Positions 1-13,540 of a stretch of DNA of 64,000 nucleotides are shown here, one piece after another. The notes below the pieces were generated by a model. The model was given only the letters and a program-made list of their open reading frames with translations. It was not told the origin of the DNA and searched no databases. Made by a program: the position numbers and the translations under genes. Numbering within the stretch: position 1 is the stretch's first letter; every line of letters starts with the position of its first letter. This stretch comes from Octopus vulgaris (Eukaryota): assembly GCA_951406725.2 (NCBI GenBank), contig OX597827.1, positions 56,854,001 to 56,918,000 of the forward strand, in the 5' to 3' direction.

Positions 1-786
1 GAGGACAAACAAGGACAGACAAACGGATTAAGTCGATTATATTGACCCCAGTGCGTAACTGGTACTTAATTTATTGACCCCGAAAGGATAAAAGGCAAAG
101 TCAACCTCGGCAGAATTTGAACTCAGAACATAAAGACAGCTGAAATACCGCTAAGCATTTCGCCCGGTGTGCTAACATTTCTGCCAGCTCATTGCCTTGT
201 TAAGATTTGTTAAGCTCGCCACCTTGTTAAGACTGACAGAATATTAAAAAAAAAGTATCTAAAGATAGACCCTTTCCACTTATACATTACATTCCTCATT
301 GCGGTAGTCTCTATGTGGTCACTTGACGTCCTAGAATTAGTAGCTGAATTTCTCACAAATCACATTTTACCATCTTATAAAAAAAAAGTATAGTAGATTA
401 GATAATGTATTTCTAGGTACACTATCTCATCTTTTATTTATTACTTGTTTCAGTCATTAGACTGTGACCATTCTGGGGCACTGCCTTGAAGAATTTTTAG
501 TTGAATATATTGATCACAGTACTTATTTTTTTTAAAGCTTGATACTTATTCTATTGGTCTCTTTTGCTGAACTGCTAAGTTACAGGAGCGAAAACACACC
601 AGTATCAGTTGTTAAGCGGTGATGGTGGTAGGACACACACATGCACACATGTATGCACGCATGCACCATGGGCTTCTCTCAGTTTCTGCCTACCAGATCC
701 ATTCACAAGGCCTTGGTCAAACTAAGACTACAGTAGAGGACACTTGCTCAAGGTGCCATGTTATGGTACGGGAAGCAAGCTTCTTA

Positions 787-1195
787 TTTCTTTACTGCCT
801 GCAAGGGGCTAAACATAGAGGGGACAAACAAGCACAGACAAAGGGATTAAGTTGATTACATTGACCCCAGTGCATAACTGGTACTTATTTAATCAACCCC
901 AAAAGGATGAAAGGCTAAGTCGACCTTGGCGGAATTTGAACTCAGAACATAGCTGCAGATGAAATGCCTATTTCTTTACTACCCACAAGGGGCTAAACAC
1001 AGAGGGGATGAACAAGGACAGACAAACAGATTAAGTCGATTATATCGACCTCAGTGCATAACTGGTACTTATTTAATCGACCCCGAAAAGACGAAAGGCA
1101 AAGTTGACCTAGGTGGAATTTGAACTCAGAACATAGCGGCAGACGAAATACCGCTAAGCATTTCGTCCGGCGTGCTAACATTTCTGCCAGTTCAC
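787..1195 (-). mobile_element. SINE family A (Meta-domain-like), dimeric copy nested in a family B SINE
   Basis: Core gcctttcatcctttcggggtcgataaattaagtacc; 18-bp TSD cgggaagcaagcttctta. Other copies at about 1-199, 7967-8195, 8838-9260, 27614-27850, 28363-28760, 31633-31867, 38600-38833, 39468-39702, 48959-49378. Confidence 0.8.
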
Positions 1196-1459
1196 CGGGA
1201 AGCAAGCTTCTTACCACACAGCCACACCTGCAGCTGCATATGAAAAAGAGATAAGATGGTCATGGTTAGAATGCCTTTTAACATAGATTTGTTTTGTTAA
1301 GGCTGACCTTACCTGAACAACATTTCTCACTGGACTTGTGTTCTCTGGTTTATTCTGATGTCATTCATGGTACTTTCAAATATAGCTTGAACTACTCTCA
1401 AAAGCTGTTAATCAACTATTATCTTTAATTATAGAATCATGTATAATTAAACATTTCAG

Positions 1460-1643
1460 TTGCGGTATGGTGTACATTGATCCTGGAGGACTTCAATGGT
1501 TTCCTTATGTAGAAAAATGGATGAAAAAATGGGAAAGCCTCTTGAAAGAAACAACCAAAGAATTTCTATTTAACCTTTTCCGTGAATATGTGGACAAAGG
1601 TTTTGAATTTGTGAGAAGGAATTGTGGTCAAACTATAAATCAG
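1460..1643 (+). CDS. DNAH6: Dynein heavy chain exon (CGMVYIDPGGLQWFPYV...CGQTINQ)
   Basis: ttcAG acceptor at 1458-59, GTagac donor at 1644; end-of-AAA2 motif CGMVY. Confidence 0.93.
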
Positions 1644-3234
1644 GTAGACATATTCTTTATTTCCTTTCCATCTCCTCACCTGTCATAAAGCCATCTCCCT
1701 CGATATTTACTCCCCACCACCCTCAGGTTTGGAGTCTTGTCTTGCAAGTTGCTTGAGGATTTCACTGCTGCTGATACCACATAAAAAGCAACTTGTACGC
1801 TCTGTAAAGTGGTTGGCATTAGGAAGAGCATCCAGCCACAGAAACCGTACCAAAACAGACATCAGAGCTTGGCATAAACCTCTGGAAAGCTGACATTAAA
1901 TACCGATGATGACAAAATGTTCTAGACATTCACTAAAATATTTGGTTTTGCAATGAACTATTGACATTGATTTCTTTTTAATTAGGTCATAGATATTGAT
2001 TTCTTTCGGTTAATTTCAATTATTTTCAAGAATTTTGATGTCAGTTCTTGCCCCATTTAACCAGATTAAATATTTGCATTTTTCTTTTCCCATCACCATT
2101 TTTCAGTAAACAACATTTCTTCTGTTAAAAGTTCTAAGACAAAATGCCTAATGTAGCTATAACTATAAAGCTAAGCAAAAAAAAGTGCTTTCAAATTTGG
2201 GCACAAATCCTGCAGTTTTAGTGAGAAGAAGCAAGTCAAATACATTAACCATTCTCCAATATTTAATTGGTACTTTATTGAACCTGGTGGGATTTGAACT
2301 CAGTGAAGCAAAAAAAAATACCCCCCCCCCCAAAAAAAAAAAACACAAAAGAAAGATCCCAAATTTTGACACAAGGTCAGGAATTTTAAGGGAAGGGCTA
2401 AGTTGATTACATCAACTTCAGTTTTCAACTGGTACTTATTTTTTTGACTCTAAAAGAATGAAAAGCAAAATTGGCCTCATTGAAATTTAAACTCAGAACG
2501 GAAAGCCCTTGAAGAAAAGCTGCTAAGCATTTTGACTAACTTGTTTTAAAATTCTACCAGCTCACTGCTTTATTCTCCCAGTGTGACAGGTGCTCAAGAA
2601 TGGCGATGATTTAAGTTTAGTTATGTATAATTAACAAGTTCATTAACTGAAACGTTTAGTAATTTAATGTTTCAGTAATATACTCTGTTTAAGGGGTTTC
2701 TGTCTATTAATTACTGCTGAACAGTAAATTTTCTTCATCAGACAGTATTGAAGTACTAACCCAGAAGTTAGAACAACAATGACACCAAAAACAGCAGTAA
2801 CAAATAGATTTGTTAGCTTAATTTTAGAGTGACATGGATTGGTATAAGTCGTGTTACTTGTATGATTTGGGAGTGTCACCTTAGGCTGTTTGGTCATTTT
2901 GCTTGGTTTTCTGAGTTGGATGCTGTGTACTTTGTTCTCTTCTCTGAGGATATGACTTGGATCATAGCTTGGATGACGGCTGATTACATGCCTCATGGCC
3001 ACAACAGATGAAGTATTTTGCAGAGATGGGAACTGATCGGGATACTGCTTGGAGTGTTGCTTAGGATGACCTGAGCAAATACTGACAAATGTGGGTGCAG
3101 CGAGGTGCTGCAATGGCACTTGCCCCATACCTGAACCTGGATTAGGATTGGTATCATTTTGTTTAGTTACTTGGAATTAAATGGTGTGAGAAATCTCTTA
3201 GTCTGAAGAGGCTAGTTTTCTAGTAGTATGTGAT

Positions 3235-3458
3235 ACTCTTTACTCTTTTACTTGTTTTAGTCATTTGACTGTGGCCATGCTGGAGTACCGCCTTTAGTCG
3301 AACAAATCAACCCCAGGACTTATTCTTTGTAAGCCTAGTACTTATTCTATCGGTCTCTTTCGCTGAACTGCTAAGTTACGGGGACATAAACACCCCAGCA
3401 TTAGTTGTCTAGCGATGTTGGGGGGGGGGACAAACACAGACACACAAACATACACACA

Positions 3459-3501
<43 letters not shown>

Positions 3502-3688
3502 ACAAACACACACACACATATACAACGGGCTTTTTTCAGTTTCCATCTACCAAATCCACTCACAAGGCTTTGGTTGGCCCAAGGCTATAGTAGAAGACAC
3601 TTGCCCAAGTTGCCATGCAGTGGGACTGAACCTGGAACTATGTGGTTCGTAAATAAGCTACATACCACACAGCCACTCCTACACCTAT
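3235..3688 (-). mobile_element. SINE family B (ggcgcaggagtggctgtgtggtaag head, internal microsatellite, aaaagagt tail)
   Basis: Repeated at about 430-1230, 8515-8820, 30219-30670, 42039-42380, 47513-48262, 51338-51732; tRNA-like head and ccttgggcaagtgtctt core. Confidence 0.8.
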
Positions 3689-3941
3689 AGATGATGAGAA
3701 AAATGTATGATGTGTCAGAAACGTTGCTACAACTTCATGAAATACAATATGTAGAATAATTACATGTAAAAGTTTGCTGATTTCAAAGCTCTCCAACACA
3801 TTTCCAGCATGTAAAAGACAAATGTAAAAGTTCTGCTGATTACTGAGAAGGAACGAATAATGATAATTGATATATGATAAAGACATGTTCTTTTGCAGAA
3901 GTGTAAAGTGGAGTTCATGTAATATTTTATTTCAATCTTAG

Positions 3942-4175
3942 GTGAACATTTCAAAAGTTACTACTTTATGCAAACTTTACGAGTCACTGGTGTTTTCCGA
4001 GCAGTCTAAGAAGTACATTAACTTTGATGCGAGCACTAACCAGCTAAATTCGACTTTGTGCACAACTTTTATGTTTTGTTATGTTTGGGCCATTGGCGGG
4101 AACATTCTTGAATCCAAGTGGGATGCATTTGATACCTTCACGAAGAATATGTTTGATAGCAATCCCTTTGCTAAG
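3942..4175 (+). CDS. DNAH6: Dynein heavy chain exon (VNISKVTTLC...FCYVWAIGGN...NPFAK)
   Basis: ttAG acceptor, GTaagt donor, 78 codons, phase 0/0. Confidence 0.93.
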
Positions 4176-4600
4176 GTAAGTGTTTCGTTTTTCTTTTTTC
4201 TTTTTCATTTCTTAGTGAGTTAGTGATCATGATCTTTGTATTTGTGTTTGTTTGTGTGTGTGTGTGTGTGTGTGTGAGGGCAGATGGCCCAGTGGTTTGG
4301 GTGTTGCACTTACAATCATGAGACTTTGGTATCAATTCCTGGACCAGATGGTGTGTTGTGTTCTTGAGCAAGACAGTTCAGCGCATGCTGCTTTGCAATC
4401 ACCTCAACACCTGACATGTAGTACCACCTGTTCAGGCAATGTTGATTTGATGGAAGCAGTGAGCTAATGCACAGCACCTATATTAGATCACTATAAAAAA
4501 AAATCATTTCTGCTGGTTGTTTAACAAGAAATTGCAGAACTATCTTTCTCAGACTATGAGAGAAGAGAAACTACCATCATCATCTTCATTATTGTTGTCG

Positions 4601-4641
<41 letters not shown>

Positions 4642-4763
4642 GGTCCCGGGTTGAGTCGGGGTTAACCACAGTAAATAAGGTACTCAATACATAGCAGAGT
4701 AAATTAATTTATTTTATAGAAGGAGTTTACAGACTAGAACTGTTTCATTCAAAAGAAATCATC

Positions 4764-4820
4764 AGGAGCTTCCTGATGATTTCTTTTGAATGAAACAGTT
4801 CTAGTCCTGTAGAAGCTCCT
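4764..4820 (+). ncRNA. Type I hammerhead ribozyme motif
   Basis: aggagcttc-CTGATGA-t ttc tttt gaa t-GAAA-cag ttctagtc ctg-TA-gaagctcct: 9-bp helix I, intact core, GUA cleavage triplet. Confidence 0.75.
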
Positions 4821-4825
4821 TCTAT

Positions 4826-4870
<45 letters not shown>

Positions 4871-7800
4871 GAGATATCTTATGGTAGTAGAATAGTATTT
4901 TAACTGCTATTTTTAAATTTCGGTATGTGGTGAAGCAAATTTTGCTGAACCCTAATTATAATTATGCTCATAATTATAGAATTTATATATATATATAAAT
5001 AAATGAGCTATGTGACCTCGAGAGTACCACCGCCGATTTTTTTTCCCTCTGTCTTCCCTTCTCGGGATCTTGCCTTCTCCTATGTTTCCAACGAGGAGCT
5101 CTGCTCGAAACGTTAAACCCTCCTTCTTCCCTTCTTTCCTGAGCGTCCAATAATACTTTATTTGTTCCACGTCCTTGCGTTGTTGTGTTTTTTTGTTTTT
5201 TTGTTTTCTTGTTTGGATTAACTTTGTATATATATATATATATATATATTGGTAATAAAAGATAAGGAAATTGAACTGAAAAGACTTACTAAATGAGCTT
5301 CATTTTGAGATGATTTTAGCCATATTAATCATTGTGTCTATCGAGAGATAGAGGTAGACAGATTGATAGTTGTGAGGCAACCAATATCTGTCTCTGCAGA
5401 AATAGTTAAAATGCCTGCATTGTTTTTAAAGAAATAACTGCATTATTTACAATGAAATTGCAACATTTTACTAAGAAATTACTATTGAATGCAGCAAAAT
5501 AATCTTTATGGAGATTTTTCTTTTTAGAGCAGTCATTATTAAACTTGATATTGTTTTGAATTTAATTTGAAAATTAGCAAACAGTTATTTTATTAATACT
5601 GTTAGATTTTTGACTTGCAGTAACTTTGGATTGGATAATTCTCATGACATTTTTCTGCCATTATTCCTGTTTATTAAGAAAATCTCATAGAACTTTCTGC
5701 AAAAATATATATTAAATGTTAACATAACTGATATATTTTTGTACAATTCTGAAATGAAAAATATACTTAATTTTCTATCAGCTTGAAATGAAAAATAAAG
5801 AAAACAAAAAAAAAAAAAAGAAGTTATATGTAGCAAAATATATAATCACAGATTCAACTTTAAATCAGAAATCAATGTTCTTTAGAATTTTGAATAGGTT
5901 TATTCTTGTGGGAATTTTGTTTTATCAAAGAACATGCATCTTAAAGAATAAATGTCAGATTTCAATATTGATTTCACGATTGGTTTATTTTAATACAGCT
6001 GAAATTAAAATGAGACTAGTTCACAGAGCTAATAATTTTAGATCTTAGATATATCACATTTGGAACTAAATTTGTTCTTCCACTAACTTTGCAAGTTGTT
6101 CTCAATATGTGCGTTGTATGATAAAAATCTGACAAATATTTTTTGAAAAGCTTCATGATTGAATTTATTTTATTAATTCAATTATATTTTTAGTTTTACT
6201 GTTTTTCATCTTACAAGTAATTTTAGTTGAATGAAAATGGTTGAGTGAATGAAGTATTTGAATAAAGTGCTAGATTAGCATTAGAATGAAGTATTAGATC
6301 AATATTTGACTAGTGTTAAACTAGTGTGTAGCATAGCCTTGGTGAAATTCTCTCTCTCTCTGTTATATACAACAAATACGGACATAGCAGTTAACAGCTA
6401 ACCTTTGGTCGCTTGGGCCCTGTTGTGTCCACTACTCTGATTGGTTGGTATTGGCGCAGTTTGTCTCTTGCTGTATTACACGCCAAAGTGCAACCAATCG
6501 CAGCCTTCTGATAAGGTCCTGTCACACAGTCTTCTAAATTCTCTACTGGAGCCTCCTAATCTCTATAAAAGCTAGATCAACAAACTGTATTGTGTCTTTG
6601 GTTCTAGTCCTTCTAAGGACTAACCGCTGACCACAGAGCACCCAGCGACAGACAGTCAGTTCCATGAGACAAACTGCGCCAATACCAACAAATCAGAGTA
6701 GTGGACACAAACACACACACACAACTGGCTTCTTTTAGTTTCTCTCTATCAAGTCCATTTACAGCCTGAAGTAATAGCTGAAAACACTTGCCCAAGGTGC
6801 CACACAATTGGACCGAACCCAGAACCATGTGGCTGGAAAGCAAACTTTTTACCACACAACCACACCTCCATCTAATGTAGTACGAGCAACCCCCCCCCCC
6901 TCCAATGGATGGTGCTGAGTTGTCAAACATTTAAACCAAATTTTATCAAAACAACTTGTCCGACCATCCCATAGGCTTCCCCTTTGAGAAACATTGATTT
7001 AACCTAAATTTGAAACACCAGCAAAAGAAGAAATAAAGATAGACTTTTTTCTATTCCAAGAAAAACGATTTTACAAATTCACGTTCCCATGGCTTTATCG
7101 ATCACATTCTCACCTGGAATCGATTTTTGTAATTTTTTCAAGACTTATATATGCCCTGATACCATCGGTATCTCCATATCAAATTTGAGTGCAATTGGAT
7201 CGAGGATGCCTGAGATCCTAGAAGACACACACACAGACAGACAGAACGGATTTTATGTAATAGATATATTTATATACAATGCATCATAATTCAAACTACC
7301 TGGAACATGTACAAAGTAGATAACTTTACAGTGATTTATTTGAAAACCATTGCTGTGGAGATAGTGTCATGAAAGCATTCTATAGTTCTCACAAGTGAAC
7401 ATGAAAGATAATTGAGCATCTTCAAACAGATCTGTTTCAAATAAATTATTCATCACCAGAGAAGATGTACCACTTTTCTTTGGCTACAAAGAGGACTTTT
7501 AACTTAAATTGCTATATATAGCAATAGCTTATCTGGACATAATAATAGCTATTCTGTTTAACATATAATACCATATTCAACTATGCAGTAAATTATATAA
7601 TATATATATTTATATTGAACACACTGTAATTCAAAAACGCTTCCTCCTCCTTGATTGGTGCTTTCTTTATCGGCCCTGAAAGGATGAATGGCAAAGTCAG
7701 CCTCAGTGGAGTTTGAACTTAAAGTATAAAGACAGATAAATTACCACTCGGCATTTTGCCTGGCATGCTAAAGATCCTGTCCAGCTCCCATTCTTATGGT

Positions 7801-8313
7801 TTCAAATTTTGGTGCAAGGCCAGCACTTTAGGGAAAGTGGGTAAGTCAATTACGTTGACCGCAGTGCTGAACTAGTACTTATTTTATCAACCCTGAAAGG
7901 ATGAATGGCAAAGTCAACCTTGTCAGAAGAAATACCACTAGGCATTTTGTCTGGCATGCTAACATTTCTTATTTCTTTATTGCCCACAAGGGGCTAAACG
8001 TAGAGGGTACAAACAAGGACAGACAAAGGGAATAAGTCGATTACATCGACCCCAGTGCGTAACTAGTACTTAATTTATCGACCCCGAAAGGACGAAAGGC
8101 AAAGTCGAACTCAGTGGAATTTGAACTTAGAACGTACCGGCAGACGAAGTACCGCTAAGCATTTCGTCCAGCATGCTAATGATTCTGCCAGCTTATCTTC
8201 TCAGAAGCTTTCTAATATTAACATTTATTTCACTTCTGATTCATGCTGTGTTATGCATGAAATAAAAGTTTAGTTTATCTGTAAAAAAACTGGACTAGAA
8301 GTGAAGACAAAAG

Positions 8314-8379
<66 letters not shown>

Positions 8380-8722
8380 AAAGCATTATGATTTTCACTT
8401 AACTTAGTTCTAATCAGTCTTTTTCATGCTGAAAATGTTACATTGTGTAGTATCAGAAGGTATACATTCTACAGATAATCCAATGTTTTTATTAGGTATC
8501 TTTGATCTTTAATCGTTAACTTGTTTCAGTCACTAGACTGCAGCCATGTTGTGTCCGGGCACTGTCTTGAAGAATTTTTTAATCAAATGAATCAATCCTA
8601 GTACTTTAAGCCTGGTACTTATTCTGTCAGTCTCTTTTGCCGAACCTCTAAGTTACAGAGATGTAAACAAACTAGCACCTACTGTCAAACAGTGGTGGGG
8701 GGTACATCCTCAGACACAAAGA

Positions 8723-8759
<37 letters not shown>

Positions 8760-9413
8760 ATCACACCACATATACAACGGGCTTCTTTCAGTTTCCATCT
8801 ACCAAATCTATTCACAAAGCCATGAATGTGCCTGCTTCTTACTTATTTCTTTATTGCCCACAAGGGGCTAAACATAGAAGGGACAAACAAAGACAGACAA
8901 AGGGATTAAGTCGAATTACATCGACCCCAGTGCGTAACTGGTACATAATTTATCGACCCCGAAAGGATGAAAGGCAAAGTTGACCTTGGCGGAATTTGAA
9001 CTCAGAATGTAAAGGCAGATGAAATACCTATTTCTTTACTACCCACAAGAAGCTAAACACAGAGGGGATGAACAAGGACAGACAAATGGATTAAGTCAAT
9101 TAGATCGACCCCAGTGTGTAACTGGTACTTATTTAATCAACCCTGAAAGGATGAACGGTAAAGTCGACCTCGGCGGAATTTGAACTCAGAACGTAGTGGC
9201 AGACGAAATACCACTAAGCATTTCGCCTGGCGTGCTAACGTTTCTGCCAGCTCACTGCCTTTCGCCCAGCATGCTAGCCACATCTAATAAGTATGTCAAT
9301 TTGATAAAAAGTATGTGACACTAATTATGCAGCATGCAACATAGCAAAGGAGTTAATGAGTTCTGTATAAGATAACTTAATTGGACTTTTTATCAAATAG
9401 TTTTCAGTTTTAG

Positions 9414-9484
<71 letters not shown>

Positions 9485-9759
9485 AACAAGCAAGAGAGAG
9501 AGAGGGGTGGGAGAGAGAGGTGGGGGAGGTAGACAGACACAGACACAGACACAGACCAAGTGTATGGGTGAAACTAACAACTGATTTCAATCTTGTAGAA
9601 TCTCCTCTCTTGCTTTCCCTACCTAGATAACTACAATCTTGTAGACATCAAGTAATTTCTTTTTATCGAGTGGTTGTAAGATTGAAAATAAATTTGTGAA
9701 AATATGGAAAATTAATCAATTCTGTTTACAAGAAGATTAAAATTTTTTTTTTTTATACT

Positions 9760-10083
9760 GACCTGTGTCGGTGGCACATAAAAACACCATCCGAGCGTGG
9801 CCGTCTGCCAGCCTCGTCTGGCACCTGTGTCGGTGGCACATAAAAACACCATCCGAGCATGGCCGTTCGCCAGCCTCGTCTGGCACCTGTGTCGGTGGCA
9901 CATAAAATCACCCACTACACTCTCGGAGTGGTTGGCGTTAGGAAGGGCATCCAGCTGTAGAAACACTGCCAGATCTGACTGGCCTGGTGCAGCCTTCGGG
10001 CTCCCCAGACCCCAGTTGAACTGTCCAACCCATGCTAGCATGGAAAACGGACGTTAAACGATGATGATGATGATGATGATGAT
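9760..10083 (+). mobile_element. SINE family C with (GAT)n tail and internal ~62-bp repeats
   Basis: ggcgttaggaagggcatccagctgtagaaac...cgttaaacgatgatgat; also at about 14907(-), 31495(-), 41450(+), 56416(+). Confidence 0.75.
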
Positions 10084-10732
10084 ATTAATATTTTTTTTCC
10101 TTCTTTACTAAATTGCTACATTTGAATTTTTATGTGCTGCAGTGAGTTAAATCATAGATAATTGAATTCCTAAGGAATTTTTTTTTATTTCTGTGAAATA
10201 TTAACAGCTTATTGTGTATATATTGTGTATTTCCATTGATATATAGCTGAGTATATAGATATGTATTGTATATATATATATATCTGTATGTGTCTCATGG
10301 TTGTCCTTGCATACAGGCATGTCTCCCACATCTCTCTTGAGCTGAGCGATCCTAATCTTGTGGGCTTGTGGGTGCTGGTGCCAAGTAAAAAGCACCTGTG
10401 CCAGTGCCATGTAAAAGCACCTGTGCTGGTGTCAAGTAAAAGCACCCAGTACACTCTGTAAAGCAGTTGGCATTAGGAAGGACATCCAGCCATAGAAATC
10501 ATGCCAAAACAGACAAAGAGCCTGGTCAGTTCTAGTTGGCCAGCTCCCATCGAACTAGCTATTTTCCAAGCATGGAAAATGAAATTTGAATGATGATGAT
10601 GATGATAATGATGGTGATGATAATGATGGTGATGATAATGATGATGATGATATTTTATCAGTTTTTTTAAAAACCACATTCTTATTGAAAATTATTGCAT
10701 AAAATCTAGAAATCTTCCTTTTTATTCTGCAG

Positions 10733-10954
10733 GTCCCTACTGTTTGTGATATCTGGAGTGTATTTATGGATTTTCCATCAAACCGACTGGAACTTTGGGA
10801 AATGGCTGTGCCCCATTTTATCTACAACAAAACCATTCCTTTTTTCAATATATTTGTACCTTCAGTGGATACACTGAGGTATGGATATTTACTCGAGAAG
10901 TTATTGGATGTGGATCAATCTGTTCTCTATATTGGTAGCTCTGGTGTTGGGAAG
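10733..10954 (+). CDS. DNAH6: Dynein heavy chain exon (VPTVCDIWSV...VLYIGSSGVGK), AAA3 Walker A
   Basis: tgcAG acceptor, GTaagt donor, 74 codons. Confidence 0.95.
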
Positions 10955-13299
10955 GTAAGTACCTGAAATTATTTTCAATGTAAATTTGATATTTAATATT
11001 TCTATGTAATAGAGTAAGGAATTCACTGAGTTGGCAGGACATTGGACAAATGCTTATTGGTGTTTAGTTGCACCCTGTAACCTTCTGAGTTCTGTTCTTG
11101 CCAAAATTCAGGAGCTTTCATCCTTTCAGTTGCTGTTTAGTCTAACCTAGTCCTGTTCCTACAAACTTATGATCAAAAGCATTCTTGTGACTATTCTGTT
11201 TTTTTATTCAGACAGAGACTAAATACACCTTTTTTTATTTTTAAGATGGTAGGGCCTGATTTGAGGGATATCTATTTGCTATTTCTATTAGGTCAAACAA
11301 TATGTAGAGGCTCCTTTATTGGGTTTTTTTTTCTGATGTTGATAAAATAAACACCAGTCAAATATAGATTAATTTAATTAGTTTTTCCTTCTTCAAAATT
11401 TATTACCCTGTGTCCATATTAGAAATAATTACTGATTTTAAATTTTGGCACAAGGCCAACAACTTTGGAGGAGCAGCTAAGTTGATTACATCGACCCTAG
11501 TGCTCAACTGGTACTTATTTCATCGACCCCGAAAGGATGAAATACAAAGTTGATCTCAGAAGATTTGAACTCAGAACGTAAAGACAGAAGAAATACTGCA
11601 AAGCATTTTTCCCACTGTGCTAACAATTCTGCCAGCTTGTCACCTTCATATCAGAAATAATTATTCCCAAGTCAATGATTATCTTGGATAACTTATTCCA
11701 CACAATAAATGTTGGGTTTGATGTAAGTAACCCTCTCCATTTTTAACCCTTTAGCATTTAAACTGGTCATGTATGACCAAATTATTCTGCCTGTTTTATG
11801 TCCCAACTGGCCAGATACTGGACGACCAGATACACCCACCTCTCTCTCTCACACATGTATCAATTCATTCTTTCGTACATCTTGGGACAGCTGCTTATGA
11901 AGTAGATTGCTTAATCACATGGCCATTTTATATTTTAGATATTTTATTTTGGTTAAAATACAAAACACTTGTTAAATATTTCAGATTGAAAGGTTTGAAA
12001 TAAAGATGAAAATCTTTAGGATTAAATTATTACCATTTCTTTATGCCATTTTCTATTCAAATTAATGATATTAAATTTTGTTTGAAAAGCTGGCAAATTT
12101 TAGTAGTAGGCAAAAAAAAAAATTAAAAAAAAGTTCAACAGAAAGAAAAAATCCCAAAGGTTTTCGGATGAAATGATGTAGCAAACTTCACAGACCAAAT
12201 TACAATTACAGGAAACTGATAAGAGAAAAATTATTTTTTCCTCTTAATCTATGCCAGAATTGAAAAATAGACACTGAACTGGTGATAGGGATGAAAATAT
12301 GTTCTTATAATAAAATGAGAGATAATATATTTAGAATCTTCACTGTTTTAGAAAGAGCGATTATATTGAAATTTTGAATAGTAGATTTCATAGATGGTTA
12401 TGAAGGAGGGAGTAAAGTTCAAATTTTGATCAATGTAATTATTAATATATTGGTAAAATTGATTTTCATAATCTGAAAACTGAGATAATAACATATCTAT
12501 CGAGAGAACTTATATTAAGCCAGTTTATCTGTAAATTAATAAGACTTGAAATATAATTGAAATGACAAATTATTGTTGATGAAGAGCAGTCTGTTTTCCA
12601 TACAAGTAATTTATTCCAATATGGGTTACAATACAAGTAAGCTAGAGATATAGATAAGATAAAGTTTTAATATAAGAATCTATAAAATAAATGCAGCCGT
12701 GTGTGAGGAAACCTTTACTTGCAGATAACATTTACAAATTGCTGATTTATCTTAAAGAACTGACTAATTAATTCAAGCTGTAACTCACAAATTGGCTCTG
12801 TAATAAAAGACAGTGGAGCAATCAAGTATATATATATTTATTAATAATAGATATATGTATAGAAGTTTCTACATTCTAAATTCTCATGACATACATGACA
12901 CAATTCTCATTGGTAAGGACAAAGCTTTTAAAATAGCTGAAGAAATTTGAAGGATTACTTTGATACAACGGTAGAATGTTTGTCATATTTACAGAAGGTA
13001 TGGGTTTAAGTCTCAGAGGCAACCTTCGACTTTTCCTATCCAAGGGATTTTTTAACCCTGTGTTCATCATCATGATCATCATCGTTTAACATCTGTTTTT
13101 CATGCTGGCATAGATTGGATGGTTTGACCAGTGCTGGTAAGGCCAAAGGCCGCACCAGGTTCCATTCTCTGTCCTGGCTTGGTTTCTGCAGCTGGATGTC
13201 CTTCCTAATGTCAACCACTCCACAGAGTGCACGGGTGCTTTTTATGTGGTACCACCACCTGTGCTTTTAATGTGGCACCAGTAAGAGTGCTTTGTATGT

Positions 13300-13540
13300 G
13301 GCACCTGCATCATTATTGATCCTGCTGTGATGGATGGGTCTTCTTTAGTACAGCAATGCACCAGACGTCTTGGTCCTTTGTCATCCCTTTCATAACACAA
13401 TGTCTTGAGACTGGCCTTCAATACTTTGACCCATGTCTTCCTAGGTCTTCCTCTTCCACAAATTCTGTCTACTTTAAAGTGATCAGAACTTCTGTAAGCA
13501 ACTGTCTACATCCATACACATCACATGACCAAACCAGCAC
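13300..13540 (-). mobile_element. RTE-type LINE 3' fragment
   Basis: Minus strand reads WFGHVMCMDVDSCL...KVDRICGRGRPRKTW. Confidence 0.75.

Noticed and set aside
2664-3225. 154-aa minus-strand ORF and partial cores (CTGAAGA-gctag tttt ctagt at 3203; CTGATGA on minus near 2735)
   Set aside because: No recognisable domain; the cores lack a following GAAA or a convincing helix II, so they were not counted.
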